Source of the DNA: an uncultured delta proteobacterium
GTDB taxonomy: Bacteria > Desulfobacterota > BSN033 > UBA1163
Assembly: GCA_963708295.1 (NCBI GenBank)
Contig: CAVPSJ010000004.1
Span: 1 to 64,000, forward strand
Direction: 5' to 3'
Length of the DNA: 64,000 bases
The position numbers and the translations under genes are program-made. Under the pieces are notes generated by a model. It did not search any database. It had not been told where the DNA came from and was given only the letters and a program-made list of their open reading frames with translations. Positions 19,387 to 28,978 of this stretch are shown one piece after another. Each line of letters begins with the position of its first letter. Position 1 is the first letter of the stretch.

Positions 19387-20364
19387 TTAGAAACTCATCA
19401 CCTTCTTCACAGCCATCACAATTCTTTTAGGATTAGGAAGGTAGTAGTGCTCCGTCTTCATCAGAGGCACAGGGATATCAAACCCCGTGACCCGCTCAAT
19501 GGGTGCTTGGAGTGAGAGAAAAGCCTTCTCGTTGATGAGGGCGATGATCTCTGCGCCCAAGCCACAGGTCTTTGGCGCTTCATGAACGATGACTCCCCTT
19601 CCTGTTTTTCGTATGGAAGTGATGATGGTTTCGGCATCGATGGGGGAAATGGTTCGGAGATCGATGATTTCCAGATCAATCTTATCTCCCTTTAATTGCT
19701 CCGCGGCATTTAACGCTTCCCGAACCATTGCCCCCCAAGCCACTACGGTTACATCCTTGCCTTCCTGAACGAGCCTGGCTTTTCCAAGTGGAATAGTATA
19801 ATCCCCTTCTGGAACTTCTTCCCGTATGGCGCGATAGATTCGCTTCGGTTCCATGAAGATCACAGGATCTGGATCTCGAATCGAAGAGAGCACGAGGCCC
19901 TTGGCTTCATAAGGAGTCGCGGGGATGACGACCTTGATCCCGGGAATATGAGCTAAGATGGCTTCCGGGCTATCGGAATGATGCTCCGGTGCGTGGATGC
20001 CACCTCCGTAAGGGACCCTGATGACAAGGGGGCACGTAAATCTTCCTCTCGACCGGTTTCGAATTCGACCGAGATGATTGTTGATTTGATCGAGGCAGGG
20101 ATAGAGGAAACCTTCAAATTGAATCTCTGCAATCGGACGGATCCCGTAGACCGCCATGCCGAAAGCCACCGCCACGATCCCCAGCTCCGCCAGCGGTGTA
20201 TCCACCACCCGGTCCCCGCCGAATTTTTGCTGCAACCCGTCGGTGACACGAAAGACGCCGCCTTCTTTTCCCACGTCTTCACCAAGGATCACAACTCGGC
20301 CGTCCCTTTCCAATTCCTCCCGAAGAGCCAAATTGATTGCTTCAACCATATTCAGTTTGGGCAT
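19387..20364 (-). CDS. pdhB: Pyruvate/2-oxoacid dehydrogenase E1 beta
   Basis: GEDVGKEGGVFRVT, DTPLAE, EIQF, EHHS. Confidence 0.93.
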   Translation of the reverse strand: MPKLNMVEAINLALREELERDGRVVILGEDVGKEGGVFRVTDGLQQKFGGDRVVDTPLAELGIVAVAFGMAVYGIRPIAEIQFEGFLYPCLDQINNHLGRIRNRSRGRFTCPLVIRVPYGGGIHAPEHHSDSPEAILAHIPGIKVVIPATPYEAKGLVLSSIRDPDPVIFMEPKRIYRAIREEVPEGDYTIPLGKARLVQEGKDVTVVAWGAMVREALNAAEQLKGDKIDLEIIDLRTISPIDAETIITSIRKTGRGVIVHEAPKTCGLGAEIIALINEKAFLSLQAPIERVTGFDIPVPLMKTEHYYLPNPKRIVMAVKKVMSF

Positions 20365-20459
20365 GCCTACCCTCCTTCAGAACTTATCCACTCCCTGTTC
20401 GGTGAGTCAACCAGGTTCATTCTAAATCCGAAATCCGAATCTCGTCTTTCGGATTTAGA

Positions 20460-21530
20460 CTACAACGTCGATTTCAAATACTCCATTTGTTCTTTCAATG
20501 GCGGCGTCATCTCCGCAAAAACGTACTCAAAGATTTCTCTTGGCTCCGGCGCGGGAACAGCTTCCGCATCCTTGACCGCTTGGTCGACCTCCTTCTGGGC
20601 GTCCTCGGTCATTCGGGTCTCAACCTCTTCGGTCCACGGCCCTTTAGCCTTCAAATAGGATTTCAGCCTGATCATTGGATCTAATGGTTTCCAACGCTCA
20701 ATCTCTTCATCCGTCCGGTACTTGGTCGGATCGTCTGCGGTGGTGTGGGGTCCGAATCGAAAGGTAACCCCCTCGATCAACGTAGGCCCCCCTCCGGAGC
20801 GCGCCTTGTCCACAGCTTCTTTCGTTGCCGCGATCACGGCAAAAAGATCATTTCCGTCGACTTGAATTCCGCCAATGCCGTAGGCAATCGCCTTTTGAGC
20901 AATCGTTGCTGATGCGGTTTGCCTTGATCTTGGAACGGATATGGCAAATTGGTTATTCTGGCAGAAGAAAACGGTTGGCGTCTTGAAGACTCCTGCAAAA
21001 TTCATTGCCTCATGGAAATCGCCTTTGGATGTGGCTCCATCCCCGAAGTATGCCACGGCAACGATTTTATCCCCCCTGAGTTTCGCTGCCCAGGCTGTCC
21101 CTACGGCCTGAGGGATGTGGGTTCCGACAGGGATGGAAACCGGCATCATATTGATTCCCTCGGGCGCACGGCTTCCCATCTCATTTCCCATCCAGTAAAG
21201 CATAAAATCCTTAAGGGCAACCCCCATCATCAGCGTGGCCCCTATCTCTCTAAAGGCCGGAAAGACCCAATCTCCCTTCTGAAGGACATAGGCGCTGCCA
21301 ATCTGACAGGCCTCCTGCCCCCAGATGGGCGCATACGTTCCGAATCTCCCCTGGCGTTGAAGAAGCAGTCCCCGCTGGTCAGCCAACCGGACGAAGACCA
21401 TCTTCTGATAAAGGGTCAACGCTTCCTTATCATCAATGGGAGGCTTAAGACCGGGTTGAAGCGTCCCATCCGGTTTAAGGATCTGAAACATCTTCCCCTT
21501 GAGTGGATCATAATCTTCAAGCAAACCCAT
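20460..21530 (-). CDS. pdhA: Pyruvate/2-oxoacid dehydrogenase E1 alpha
   Basis: QRQGR, TPP motif GDGATS..NNQFAIS, HTTADDP. Confidence 0.93.
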   Translation of the reverse strand: MGLLEDYDPLKGKMFQILKPDGTLQPGLKPPIDDKEALTLYQKMVFVRLADQRGLLLQRQGRFGTYAPIWGQEACQIGSAYVLQKGDWVFPAFREIGATLMMGVALKDFMLYWMGNEMGSRAPEGINMMPVSIPVGTHIPQAVGTAWAAKLRGDKIVAVAYFGDGATSKGDFHEAMNFAGVFKTPTVFFCQNNQFAISVPRSRQTASATIAQKAIAYGIGGIQVDGNDLFAVIAATKEAVDKARSGGGPTLIEGVTFRFGPHTTADDPTKYRTDEEIERWKPLDPMIRLKSYLKAKGPWTEEVETRMTEDAQKEVDQAVKDAEAVPAPEPREIFEYVFAEMTPPLKEQMEYLKSTL

Positions 21531-21550
21531 CAGAACCTCCTCCCTAATCG

Positions 21551-21654
21551 AATGGTGGAATATTGAAATGTCGGAATAATGGACTAGAGGGAGTTTATCA
21601 TCTTTCCATCTTAGTTAAGCTAATACCCCAGCCTTCCATTATTCCAGTCTCCCA
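21551..21654. repeat. Second copy of the ggaata/tattcc intergenic element
   Basis: ggaatattgaaatgtcggaataatgg...ccttccattattccagtctccc. Confidence 0.55.
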
Positions 21655-21660
21655 TGGGTA

Positions 21661-21930
21661 TTATTCGAGTGCCCACTTCTTCAGTCGTTCGTAGTCTGCC
21701 TCTCCGCAGATCCATTTTCCCGTCTTCTGATTGAAAAAAAATGGGACTCCGCCACAATAACCCTTGTCATATTCTTTCATTCGTTTCGCATTGGCTTCGT
21801 TATGCCATACTTCGAGTTTCGCGATGTTGACGTGCTCTTCTTCCTCTAACCTCTCCACGAGAGGAGCCATCTTATGGCAGTGTGGTCACTCTGCCCCGGT
21901 AAATTCAAACAAATAGAATTCTTTTTCCAC
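21661..21930 (-). CDS. Thioredoxin/glutaredoxin-like selenoprotein (UPHC, Sec TGA 21886-21888)
   Basis: GGAGG RBS, GTG start, then EKEFYLFEFTGAE(U)PHCHKMAPLV...GVPFF. The TGA occupies the first Cys of the CxxC. Confidence 0.88.
21850..21864 (-). promoter_or_regulatory. SECIS-like hairpin in the thioredoxin-like gene
   Basis: CCTCTC-GTG-GAGAGG; the loop starts with G, 27 nt after the UGA. Confidence 0.6.
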
Positions 21931-21950
21931 TCTTTTTCCTCCTTTCAATT

Positions 21951-22997
21951 CTAAACGGTTGCCGTCTCTACCTGAGCGCCTCCCCTTGAAAACACCGCTC
22001 TGGCAATCAGCCTGGCCACGGGAATATAAAGAATGATCAAAACGATTATCGGCAGGAAGGAAGGAATCAATGCGTCCGGCCTAAACCCTTCAATAAAGTA
22101 AGCGAGAGCGAGCAAGATGGCAGTAAAATTATGGATGCAGATCATTCCCAGATTCGCAGGAGCCATCTTCCTGGGTTCCCGATAATAAGTTTTTAATATG
22201 GAAATCGTCTTGTAAGCAATGGGAAACGTCAGCAAAGAGATCAGCCCCAGAACGGGGATTCTCCCCAAGACCACTCCGACTAAGATCACGACATAAGCCG
22301 ATAGAACGCTCACTATAAATAACCGGACCCCTGTCTCTCTGCCAAAACGAACGACCAAATTGAGCTTCCCTCCCCTCTGGTCTTCAAAATAATCTGGAAT
22401 CTCATTGATGGTAATCATTGCGAAGAGCATGATCCCAAAGGGAAGGGTTCCCCAGAAGGCCTCCCAGGAAATCCTTTGGGCCTGGACAAAGTAGGCCCCC
22501 ATGCCAATGCCTGGACCAAAACAGATAAGCTGCGCCAATTCGCCAAAGCCTCTATAACCGAATCGAATGGGGGGGGCCGTATAAAAATAGGCACAGAAAA
22601 AACCAATGGCAAGGAGGAGGAGAATAAACGGTCCTCTCATCACTCCGAGAAAGACACCGATGCCGATGGCGATGAGGTAGAAGGTGATAAACACCTGCCG
22701 CATCCTTTGAGGTTGGATCAACCCCGAAGAGAGGAGACCGCTTCCACCTGTATAAGGATTCTTAGCATCGGTGGCAAAAACATCCACCAGATGACGGAAG
22801 TCATAGTAGTCATCCGTCATGTTTAGAGCCATGTGGTTTAGGATCAGGCCGAGCATCACCAGAAGGAAGTATCCTGGGTGGAATTTTCCATCTGCGGTCC
22901 AAGCAATCATCCCGCCAAGGATTCCCGGCATGAAACTGGCCGAGGTGTAGTGGAACCGAAAGGCCTTCCACCAGACTTCTAAGCGATTCACACTCAT
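21951..22997 (-). CDS. MenA-like UbiA-family prenyltransferase
   Basis: NMTDDYYDF, YTAPP, NEIPDYFEDQRGGK and multiple TMs. Confidence 0.88.
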   Translation of the reverse strand: MSVNRLEVWWKAFRFHYTSASFMPGILGGMIAWTADGKFHPGYFLLVMLGLILNHMALNMTDDYYDFRHLVDVFATDAKNPYTGGSGLLSSGLIQPQRMRQVFITFYLIAIGIGVFLGVMRGPFILLLLAIGFFCAYFYTAPPIRFGYRGFGELAQLICFGPGIGMGAYFVQAQRISWEAFWGTLPFGIMLFAMITINEIPDYFEDQRGGKLNLVVRFGRETGVRLFIVSVLSAYVVILVGVVLGRIPVLGLISLLTFPIAYKTISILKTYYREPRKMAPANLGMICIHNFTAILLALAYFIEGFRPDALIPSFLPIIVLIILYIPVARLIARAVFSRGGAQVETATV

Positions 22998-22998
22998 C

Positions 22999-23403
22999 CT
23001 ATTTCTTTTTGTTCCTTAAAAGGCTATCCAGACTGAAGCGGCCCGCCCCCGAAGCGAGAAGGACCAGACATCCTCCAAACATGCTCACATTCTTCATAAA
23101 GGGAATCGTCATTTTCGGATCGACAAATATGTTATGAAAAAAAAACGTAGTAGGAATCAGAAAAATGAGAAGCAGCAGTGCCCCAAACCGTGTAAAATAT
23201 CCCAGGATCACCGTGGCGCTGCCAACGAGTTCAAAAAAGATGGCGCCCACGAGAAAAAAATTAGTATAGGGCGTGATGCCATGACTGGCCATATACTGTG
23301 CCGTTCCTCCGAAATCTTGAATCTTCACGATACCGGACTGAAGGAAAATGAGAACGAGAAGAATTCTTCCGAACAACATGGGAAAAGCCTTTAACCATTC
23401 CAT
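22999..23403 (-). CDS. DoxX family membrane protein
   Basis: GRILL.LIF.SG..K, FMKNVSMFGG, GAGRFSLD. Confidence 0.9.
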   Translation of the reverse strand: MEWLKAFPMLFGRILLVLIFLQSGIVKIQDFGGTAQYMASHGITPYTNFFLVGAIFFELVGSATVILGYFTRFGALLLLIFLIPTTFFFHNIFVDPKMTIPFMKNVSMFGGCLVLLASGAGRFSLDSLLRNKKK

Positions 23404-23555
23404 GGAAAACCTCCTGATGTGGATTCCTCCGGCCTTTCAACCGGAGGTGCCCCTGAAAGGGCAAATCATTATTTTTATACCACAAATCCCCTTCCCATTC
23501 ATTGATTTTTTGAAAGATCATTATTAAATTTGAAATGGTGGAAGGAGGTGTTCCT

Positions 23556-23855
23556 ATGGACGAAAAGATAAAAGTGATGCCGTGTGCCTGTTTTTCTCAT
23601 GACGATCAAGGAGGTCGCCTCAGGATCGATATGGAAATGCCCGGTGTCGAGAAAAAAGATATCGCTCTGGAGATGAGAAAAGATAGTTTTTGCGTTTCAG
23701 CCCCCAAAGGACAGGATACAGAGTATGCTGGATGTTTTAGGCTGGCCCATGAGATCGTCCCTGAAAAAACAGAAGCTCAGTACGAAAGTGGACTTCTCAA
23801 GATCTTCGCCCCGATCAAGGACTGGGATCACAGGGTAAATGTGACGGTCCGATGA
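23556..23855 (+). CDS. Hsp20/alpha-crystallin family protein
   Basis: EMPGVEKKDI, AQYESGLLKIFAP; GGAGGTG RBS. Confidence 0.88.
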   Translation: MDEKIKVMPCACFSHDDQGGRLRIDMEMPGVEKKDIALEMRKDSFCVSAPKGQDTEYAGCFRLAHEIVPEKTEAQYESGLLKIFAPIKDWDHRVNVTVR

Positions 23856-24215
23856 TGGGTCTTTCTTTTGACCAAGTGCCTCCGGAGAGACGGCTTCTTC
23901 ATGCTCGGCCCGGTTTGGCGTCAGTGCCTATATTCTAACGGGTAGCCTCCCCTAGGGCTTCGAAGTCCTCCATTCCGCTACACACACTCCCATCATAAGG
24001 AAACCCAGTATAAAGTATATGGGGTAAGCCTTGTATTTTGTCAGAAGAAACACCGTATTTTCTGGCGACGGAGGAGATTCTTCGAATACAGCCTTTTCCT
24101 TTGAAAAATACAGTCGTACCTTTATTGACTTTTCCATCTATTTTGGTATTGATAGAGGGTGTATGCCGCAGCCCATTTTTAACCAGGCCAATTCATGAGG
24201 AAAGGAGGTGGTAAG

Positions 24216-24323
24216 ATGAAGACCAAGAAGAAGGTCTCTTTGAACGAGCTTGCCAGACGGCAAGAAGCAAAGTTCTGGGCGATGATGCGGGCTGCTGACC
24301 CTGGCAAGCGATGCCTCAAGTGA
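24216..24323 (+). CDS. Short peptide upstream of radical SAM/SPASM enzyme (candidate RiPP precursor; C-terminal frame uncertain)
   Basis: AAAGGAGGTG RBS at 24201-24210. As read: MKTKKKVSLNELARRQEAKFWAMMRAADPGKRCLK*. With one extra A at 24269-24271 it reads ...QEAKVLGDDAGC-TGA. Confidence 0.6.
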   Translation: MKTKKKVSLNELARRQEAKFWAMMRAADPGKRCLK

Positions 24324-25411
24324 AAAAGCTGAAAGAGCACATGATTGCCGGTCCGGCAATAAAAGATTTCCAATTTTTCATTCAATGGCATCTCACGGAA
24401 CGATGCAACCTCCGATGTCGTCACTGTTATCAAGGAGGGGGTGAAGTTCACGAGATGTCCGTCGGTGAAGTCAAACGTGAGATCGACGGGGCGACCCAGA
24501 TGTTTCAGGCCTGGGAGGAAGAGCACGGCATAAGGGTTTCCCCGTCGATTCACTTTACCGGCGGCGAGCCCTTCCTCTATCGAGGGTTATCGGACGTTAT
24601 CGCCTTCGCCAAGGCAAAGGGTTACGGGGTAGCCATGATGACGAACGGTTGCCTCGCCACAAAAGAAAAAGCCAAAAAAGTATCCCATCTTGGAATATCT
24701 GACATTCAGGTCAGCCTGGAGGGCCCCCCGGAGCTTCATGCTTCGATTCGGGGAAGAGGAAGCTTCCATTCTGCAGCCAAAGGGGTAGAACATCTTACTG
24801 CGGCAGGCTGCCGGGTGAGCGCGAATGTCACTCTCTCCCGCCTCAATTTCGATAAAATAGAAGAAACAGTCGAGGTCGCAAAGGCAATCGGTTTTTATCG
24901 CATTGGGTTCTCGCGAATGGTTCCCTGCGGAAGGGGGAAAGCCTTGCTCACTCAGTTTCTTACCCCCCAAGAGCTCAAATCTGCCTATCAAGGAATCCTC
25001 TCGGCGAACACACCCACTTTTGAGGTGGTTTCAGGAGATCCTTTGGCTGGAACGCTCTCTGAAACGCCCCCCTCCTCTGGTTGTAACCTGACCCTCTCCG
25101 GGTGCAGCGCGGGTTTTTCAGGGGTCACCCTCATCAGTGACGGTTCCGTAATGCCTTGCAGGAGAATCGGCCTGGTTGCTGGAAATCTGAAGAAGAAATC
25201 TCTCCGGGCCATCTGGGCTTCTTCGAGACTCCTCTGGCAGTTAAGGAGAAGGGAGAGTTACAAGGGGAAATGTGGCCGATGTTCTCTCTGGCCCTCGTGC
25301 CGTGGCTGTCGGGCGGTAGCTTATGCCCATTCGTCTGCCCAAGGAAAACCCGATCTTTTTGCCGATGATCCGCAATGCTGGATATCCGATCAACCCCGTT
25401 CAGATTCTTAA
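24311..25411 (+). CDS. Radical SAM/SPASM domain protein (peptide maturase-like)
   Basis: QWHLTERCNLRCRHCYQ, FTGGEP, and SPASM GCSAG..MPC..KCGRC..CRGCRA..DPQCW. Start could be 24311, 24341 or further upstream. Confidence 0.92.
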   Translation: MPQVKKLKEHMIAGPAIKDFQFFIQWHLTERCNLRCRHCYQGGGEVHEMSVGEVKREIDGATQMFQAWEEEHGIRVSPSIHFTGGEPFLYRGLSDVIAFAKAKGYGVAMMTNGCLATKEKAKKVSHLGISDIQVSLEGPPELHASIRGRGSFHSAAKGVEHLTAAGCRVSANVTLSRLNFDKIEETVEVAKAIGFYRIGFSRMVPCGRGKALLTQFLTPQELKSAYQGILSANTPTFEVVSGDPLAGTLSETPPSSGCNLTLSGCSAGFSGVTLISDGSVMPCRRIGLVAGNLKKKSLRAIWASSRLLWQLRRRESYKGKCGRCSLWPSCRGCRAVAYAHSSAQGKPDLFADDPQCWISDQPRSDS

Positions 25412-25477
25412 GGCTTGAAACTGGCTTGCCCTGTCCCGGGGAGACCCGCCATTCAATCACTCAACAGGGGAGAAAAT

Positions 25478-26488
25478 ATGCTCAAAGAAGCGATGCTTTA
25501 TGAGAAAAAGGAAAACGATAAGGTTTCCTGTTTCTTGTGCAGCCACCATTGCCTGATCTCCGATGGAAAATTTGGCATCTGCAACGTCAGGGAGAACAGA
25601 AGAGGTGTTCTGTTTACTCACGCCTATGGAAAACCCATTGCTCAGAGCATTGACCCCATCGAAAAAAAACCTCTCTACCACTTTCTCCCTGGTTCAAAAT
25701 CATTTTCCATCGCCGCCATCGGTTGCAATTTCCAATGCGGTTTCTGCCAGAATTGGCAAATTTCTCAGGTGAAAGAAGCGGCGGTGTTGGGTCTCGACTC
25801 TGAAGAAGTGAAACCTGAGGACGTGGTAAAGCAGGCAAAACAAACGGGTTCAAGAAGTATTTCTTATACCTACTCCGAACCCACTATTTTTTTTGAATAT
25901 GCTTATGAAATTAGTCAATTGGCCAAAAAGGAAGGGCTCTTCAATGTCTTTGTGACCAATGGCTACATGACGAAGGAGATGGTCCAGACGATCTCTCCTT
26001 ACCTTGATGCGGCAAACGTTGACCTGAAATCCTTCCGTGATAATTATTATAGAAAGGTGTGTGGGGGAAGATTGGCTCCGGTACTGAAAAGCATCGAGCA
26101 GATGAAAAAACTGAACATCTGGATCGAGGTCACGACGCTGGTTGTGCCCGGACAAAATGATTCCGAAGAAGAGTTGAAAAAGATCGCCGGTTTCCTCGCT
26201 GGATTGGATCCCTCGATCCCCTGGCATATCAGCCGGTTTTATCCTCAGTATAAGATGGAAGATTTGGAGAGCACCCCCATCGAGACATTAAACCAAGCTT
26301 ACGACATCGGCAAAGACGCCGGGTTACGTTATGTTTATCTGGGTAATGTGGAAAAAGGGAACAATACCTACTGTGATCAATGCCACCAATTGTTGATCGA
26401 GAGATCGGGCTTCTCAATCGAGACCTATCACCTCAAGGAAGGTCGATGTCCTGATTGTAATCGTTCTGTCGATGGAGTGGGAATGTGA
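25478..26488 (+). CDS. amrS: AmmeMemoRadiSam system radical SAM enzyme
   Basis: CFLCSHHC..GICNVR, DPIEKKPLYHF, GCNFQCGFCQNWQISQ, YVYLGNV. Confidence 0.92.
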   Translation: MLKEAMLYEKKENDKVSCFLCSHHCLISDGKFGICNVRENRRGVLFTHAYGKPIAQSIDPIEKKPLYHFLPGSKSFSIAAIGCNFQCGFCQNWQISQVKEAAVLGLDSEEVKPEDVVKQAKQTGSRSISYTYSEPTIFFEYAYEISQLAKKEGLFNVFVTNGYMTKEMVQTISPYLDAANVDLKSFRDNYYRKVCGGRLAPVLKSIEQMKKLNIWIEVTTLVVPGQNDSEEELKKIAGFLAGLDPSIPWHISRFYPQYKMEDLESTPIETLNQAYDIGKDAGLRYVYLGNVEKGNNTYCDQCHQLLIERSGFSIETYHLKEGRCPDCNRSVDGVGM

Positions 26489-26826
26489 ATGGTAAAACCG
26501 AGAGCAACGGCTCGATGGTTTTAACGCGAAAAAATTCCGCGGAGCTGAATAGATTCATAGGTTCAAGGAAGCTCTCCTCTCCCCGACGCGATCGGTCTTG
26601 AAATCTCCCGCCTGGGCGCCGATCCGATCATCCATCCCACCTGCAAGGATAAGGGTTTTTGGACAAGGGGAGCCTATCTGACGTTGATAAGGCTTACCCT
26701 GAAAGTAATAATAATAGTAAGAGGCTAAAATGGCTTGGCGCGGTCCTTGTAAAAAGAGGACCCAATAATCATTTATATATCAAGGGGAGTTTTTCTTCAT
26801 TGCCCTGAAGAAGGGAGGAACATGAC

Positions 26827-27267
26827 ATGAAGAACATAATGATTGCCACGGCGCTGGTTTTGGCGTTTATCTTCGGGTACGCAGTGGCTGAGTCTATGGC
26901 GCACGAAATGACGTCAAAGGGTAGAGAGCCATCCGAGGTCAGCAAGCTGTCCGGGGCGATGGTTAAGAACCCCCAGGGCGAAGATCTTGGGACAATTATC
27001 GATGTCGTGACCGGTCCCGAAGGCCGTGCCGCCTTTGTGGTTCTCAGCTATTGGATATCTGACGACACACAAAAGCGCATCGGTGTTCCCTTTGGCGCGC
27101 TTTCTTGCGAGAAACAAACCTGTGTCCTTCATGCCAGCAAAGATACACTGGACTCCGCACCCCCTTTTGTTTCAGAGGGTGACCTGGCGGAACGGAAACT
27201 GGCTAGAGACATCTACAGGTACTTTGGCGTACAACCCTACTGGGCAGAGGAAAGGAGAGAGAAATAA
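26827..27267 (+). CDS. PRC-barrel domain exported protein
   Basis: Signal peptide, VKNPQGEDLGTI.DV, VPFGAL, IYRYFGVQPYW. Confidence 0.85.
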   Translation: MKNIMIATALVLAFIFGYAVAESMAHEMTSKGREPSEVSKLSGAMVKNPQGEDLGTIIDVVTGPEGRAAFVVLSYWISDDTQKRIGVPFGALSCEKQTCVLHASKDTLDSAPPFVSEGDLAERKLARDIYRYFGVQPYWAEERREK

Positions 27268-27285
27268 AAGAGGGAGGTTCAGAAA

Positions 27286-27474
27286 ATGAAGGTCCGGGTA
27301 GACGAGGAAGCCTGCGTCGGAGACGAAACATGCGTGGAGATCTGCCCTGAAATCTTTGAAATGCAGGGGGATCTAGCGGTGGCTAAGATGGAAGAGGTGC
27401 CTGAAGAGCTCGAAGGTGCCTGCAAGGAAGCTGCGGAATCGTGCCCTGTGGATGCCATACTCATCGAAGAATAG
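27286..27474 (+). CDS. Monocluster ferredoxin
   Basis: CVGDETCVEICP...AAESCPVDAI; the second Cys is replaced by Asp. Confidence 0.92.
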   Translation: MKVRVDEEACVGDETCVEICPEIFEMQGDLAVAKMEEVPEELEGACKEAAESCPVDAILIEE

Positions 27475-27615
27475 AACGAAATATTCCATAGGCCACCGGC
27501 GAGCTTTCACAGAAGATAAAAGGTTCAAAGAAGATCTACTCTAAATCAGCCGCTTTGACTGCAACAGAGGACGGTCCTGCAATGGAAGTAAAAGAGAAGA
27601 ACGTAGGAAGTTAAG

Positions 27616-28284
27616 ATGGAAACGATGATTTTCAAAGACCGACGGGAGGGGGGTCGCCAGCTTGCTAGGGCGCTTACCGGGCGGGGTTACCAGGGACAAA
27701 ACACACTGGTCCTTGGCATCCCACGAGGAGGTTTCGTAGTAGCCGAAGAAGTCGCCCAAGCTCTCGGGGCAGCCCTAGACGTCATCATCGCACGAAAACT
27801 CAGGGCCCCCTATCGACCGGAACTTGGCATTGGGGCCGTCGTGAACGGAGACCATGTTACCGTTAACGAAGATCTGTCTCGTGCCGTGGGCGCAACCCGA
27901 GACTATATGAACCGCGAAATTGCCTATCAGAAGGAGGAGATTGAGCGCCGGTTACGATTTTATCGGGGGGAGCACCCGGCGGCTGAGATCTCCGGGAAGA
28001 CGGTTATTGTCGTGGATGATGGCATCGCAACAGGGTACACCTTTCGCGCTGCTCTGGAGAGTCTCCGCCAACGTCATCCTGATCGATTGGTGGCAGCAGC
28101 GCCGGTCGCTGCTCTTGACAGCGCAGAGATGTTAAAGACCTTTGCAGACGAGGTGGTGTGCCTTCATACCCCTGCCTCCTTCTTTGCCGTGGGCGCCTGG
28201 TACCAAAATTTCGATCAGGTAAGTGACGAGGAAGCTGCCAGGATTTTGCACCGCAACTGGTCCCGGTGGTCTCAGGCTGCATGA
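27616..28284 (+). CDS. Phosphoribosyltransferase family protein
   Basis: FKDRREGG, GIPRGG, VVDDGIATG, FAVGAWY. Confidence 0.9.
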   Translation: METMIFKDRREGGRQLARALTGRGYQGQNTLVLGIPRGGFVVAEEVAQALGAALDVIIARKLRAPYRPELGIGAVVNGDHVTVNEDLSRAVGATRDYMNREIAYQKEEIERRLRFYRGEHPAAEISGKTVIVVDDGIATGYTFRAALESLRQRHPDRLVAAAPVAALDSAEMLKTFADEVVCLHTPASFFAVGAWYQNFDQVSDEEAARILHRNWSRWSQAA

Positions 28285-28469
28285 GGGCACGGTTCACCCT
28301 TTTCCGCGCGGGGAATAAGAACGGGATATGGAAATTGGACCTCCCGTTGATGCCCGGGAGGTATGAATATCGGTTTCTGACGGATGGGAACTGGGAAAAT
28401 GATCGTTCTTGTTCCGGCTGTGTCCCCAACGATTTCGGAAGCCTGAATTGTGTAAGGATCGTGGAGTGA
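28281..28469 (+). CDS. CBM48/AMPK-beta-like glycogen-binding domain (N-terminally truncated)
   Basis: GIWKLDLPLMPGRYEYRFLTDGNWEND..NDFGSLN. Confidence 0.65.
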   Translation: MRARFTLFRAGNKNGIWKLDLPLMPGRYEYRFLTDGNWENDRSCSGCVPNDFGSLNCVRIVE

Positions 28470-28518
28470 CGTCAATCGATCAGGTCAAGCACCTGACTTT
28501 TCGACGGAGAGTGCAAAG

Positions 28519-28807
28519 ATGAACACTTATATTATACTCAGCCGTTTTTCACCAGAGGCTTTTGATAATCCGAAACATTTTCTTGAATTAGCCGAGCAGG
28601 TTTCCAAGAAGATCAGGGAGGAATGTCCCGGGATCAGATGGAAGGATAGTTATGCGACCCTCGGGACGATTCGATGTCGTCGATGTCGTGGAAGCACCCG
28701 ACGCGAAAGATATCGAGAAGGCAGCCATGATTATTCGAGCCTATGGCAATTCGACTACGGAAACATTACTGGCTACACCCTGGAAGGAGTTCCTTTCGGG
28801 GCTGTGA
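28519..28807 (+). CDS. GYD domain protein (+1 frameshift near 28665)
   Basis: YATLG/RFDVVDVVEAPD..TETLLATPW, ending at TGA 28805-28807. Confidence 0.8.
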
Positions 28808-28978
28808 CCGGGCTAAACGTTTAGCTTCCCGTTCTCGAATCGTTAAAGACAGGCGACCCTGCTTGAATTGGCGTTTTTTTCGGCCAACAGAGGGGTCGAG
28901 CTTGAATTTTCAAAGCGAACGCGGCGCAATCCTGCGGGACATCGTTGTCAAGGCAATTGACAGGAAAGGAGAAAAGAG

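Noticed and set aside
23880-23995. Minus-strand GGACTTCGAAGCC resembling the tRNA-Sec anticodon arm
   Set aside because: The anticodon is not TCA, and there is no T-loop, acceptor stem or cloverleaf.
26735-26752. Sigma-54-like TGGCGCGGTCCTTGT upstream of the PRC-barrel gene
   Set aside because: The -12 element is GT rather than GC; too weak to call.
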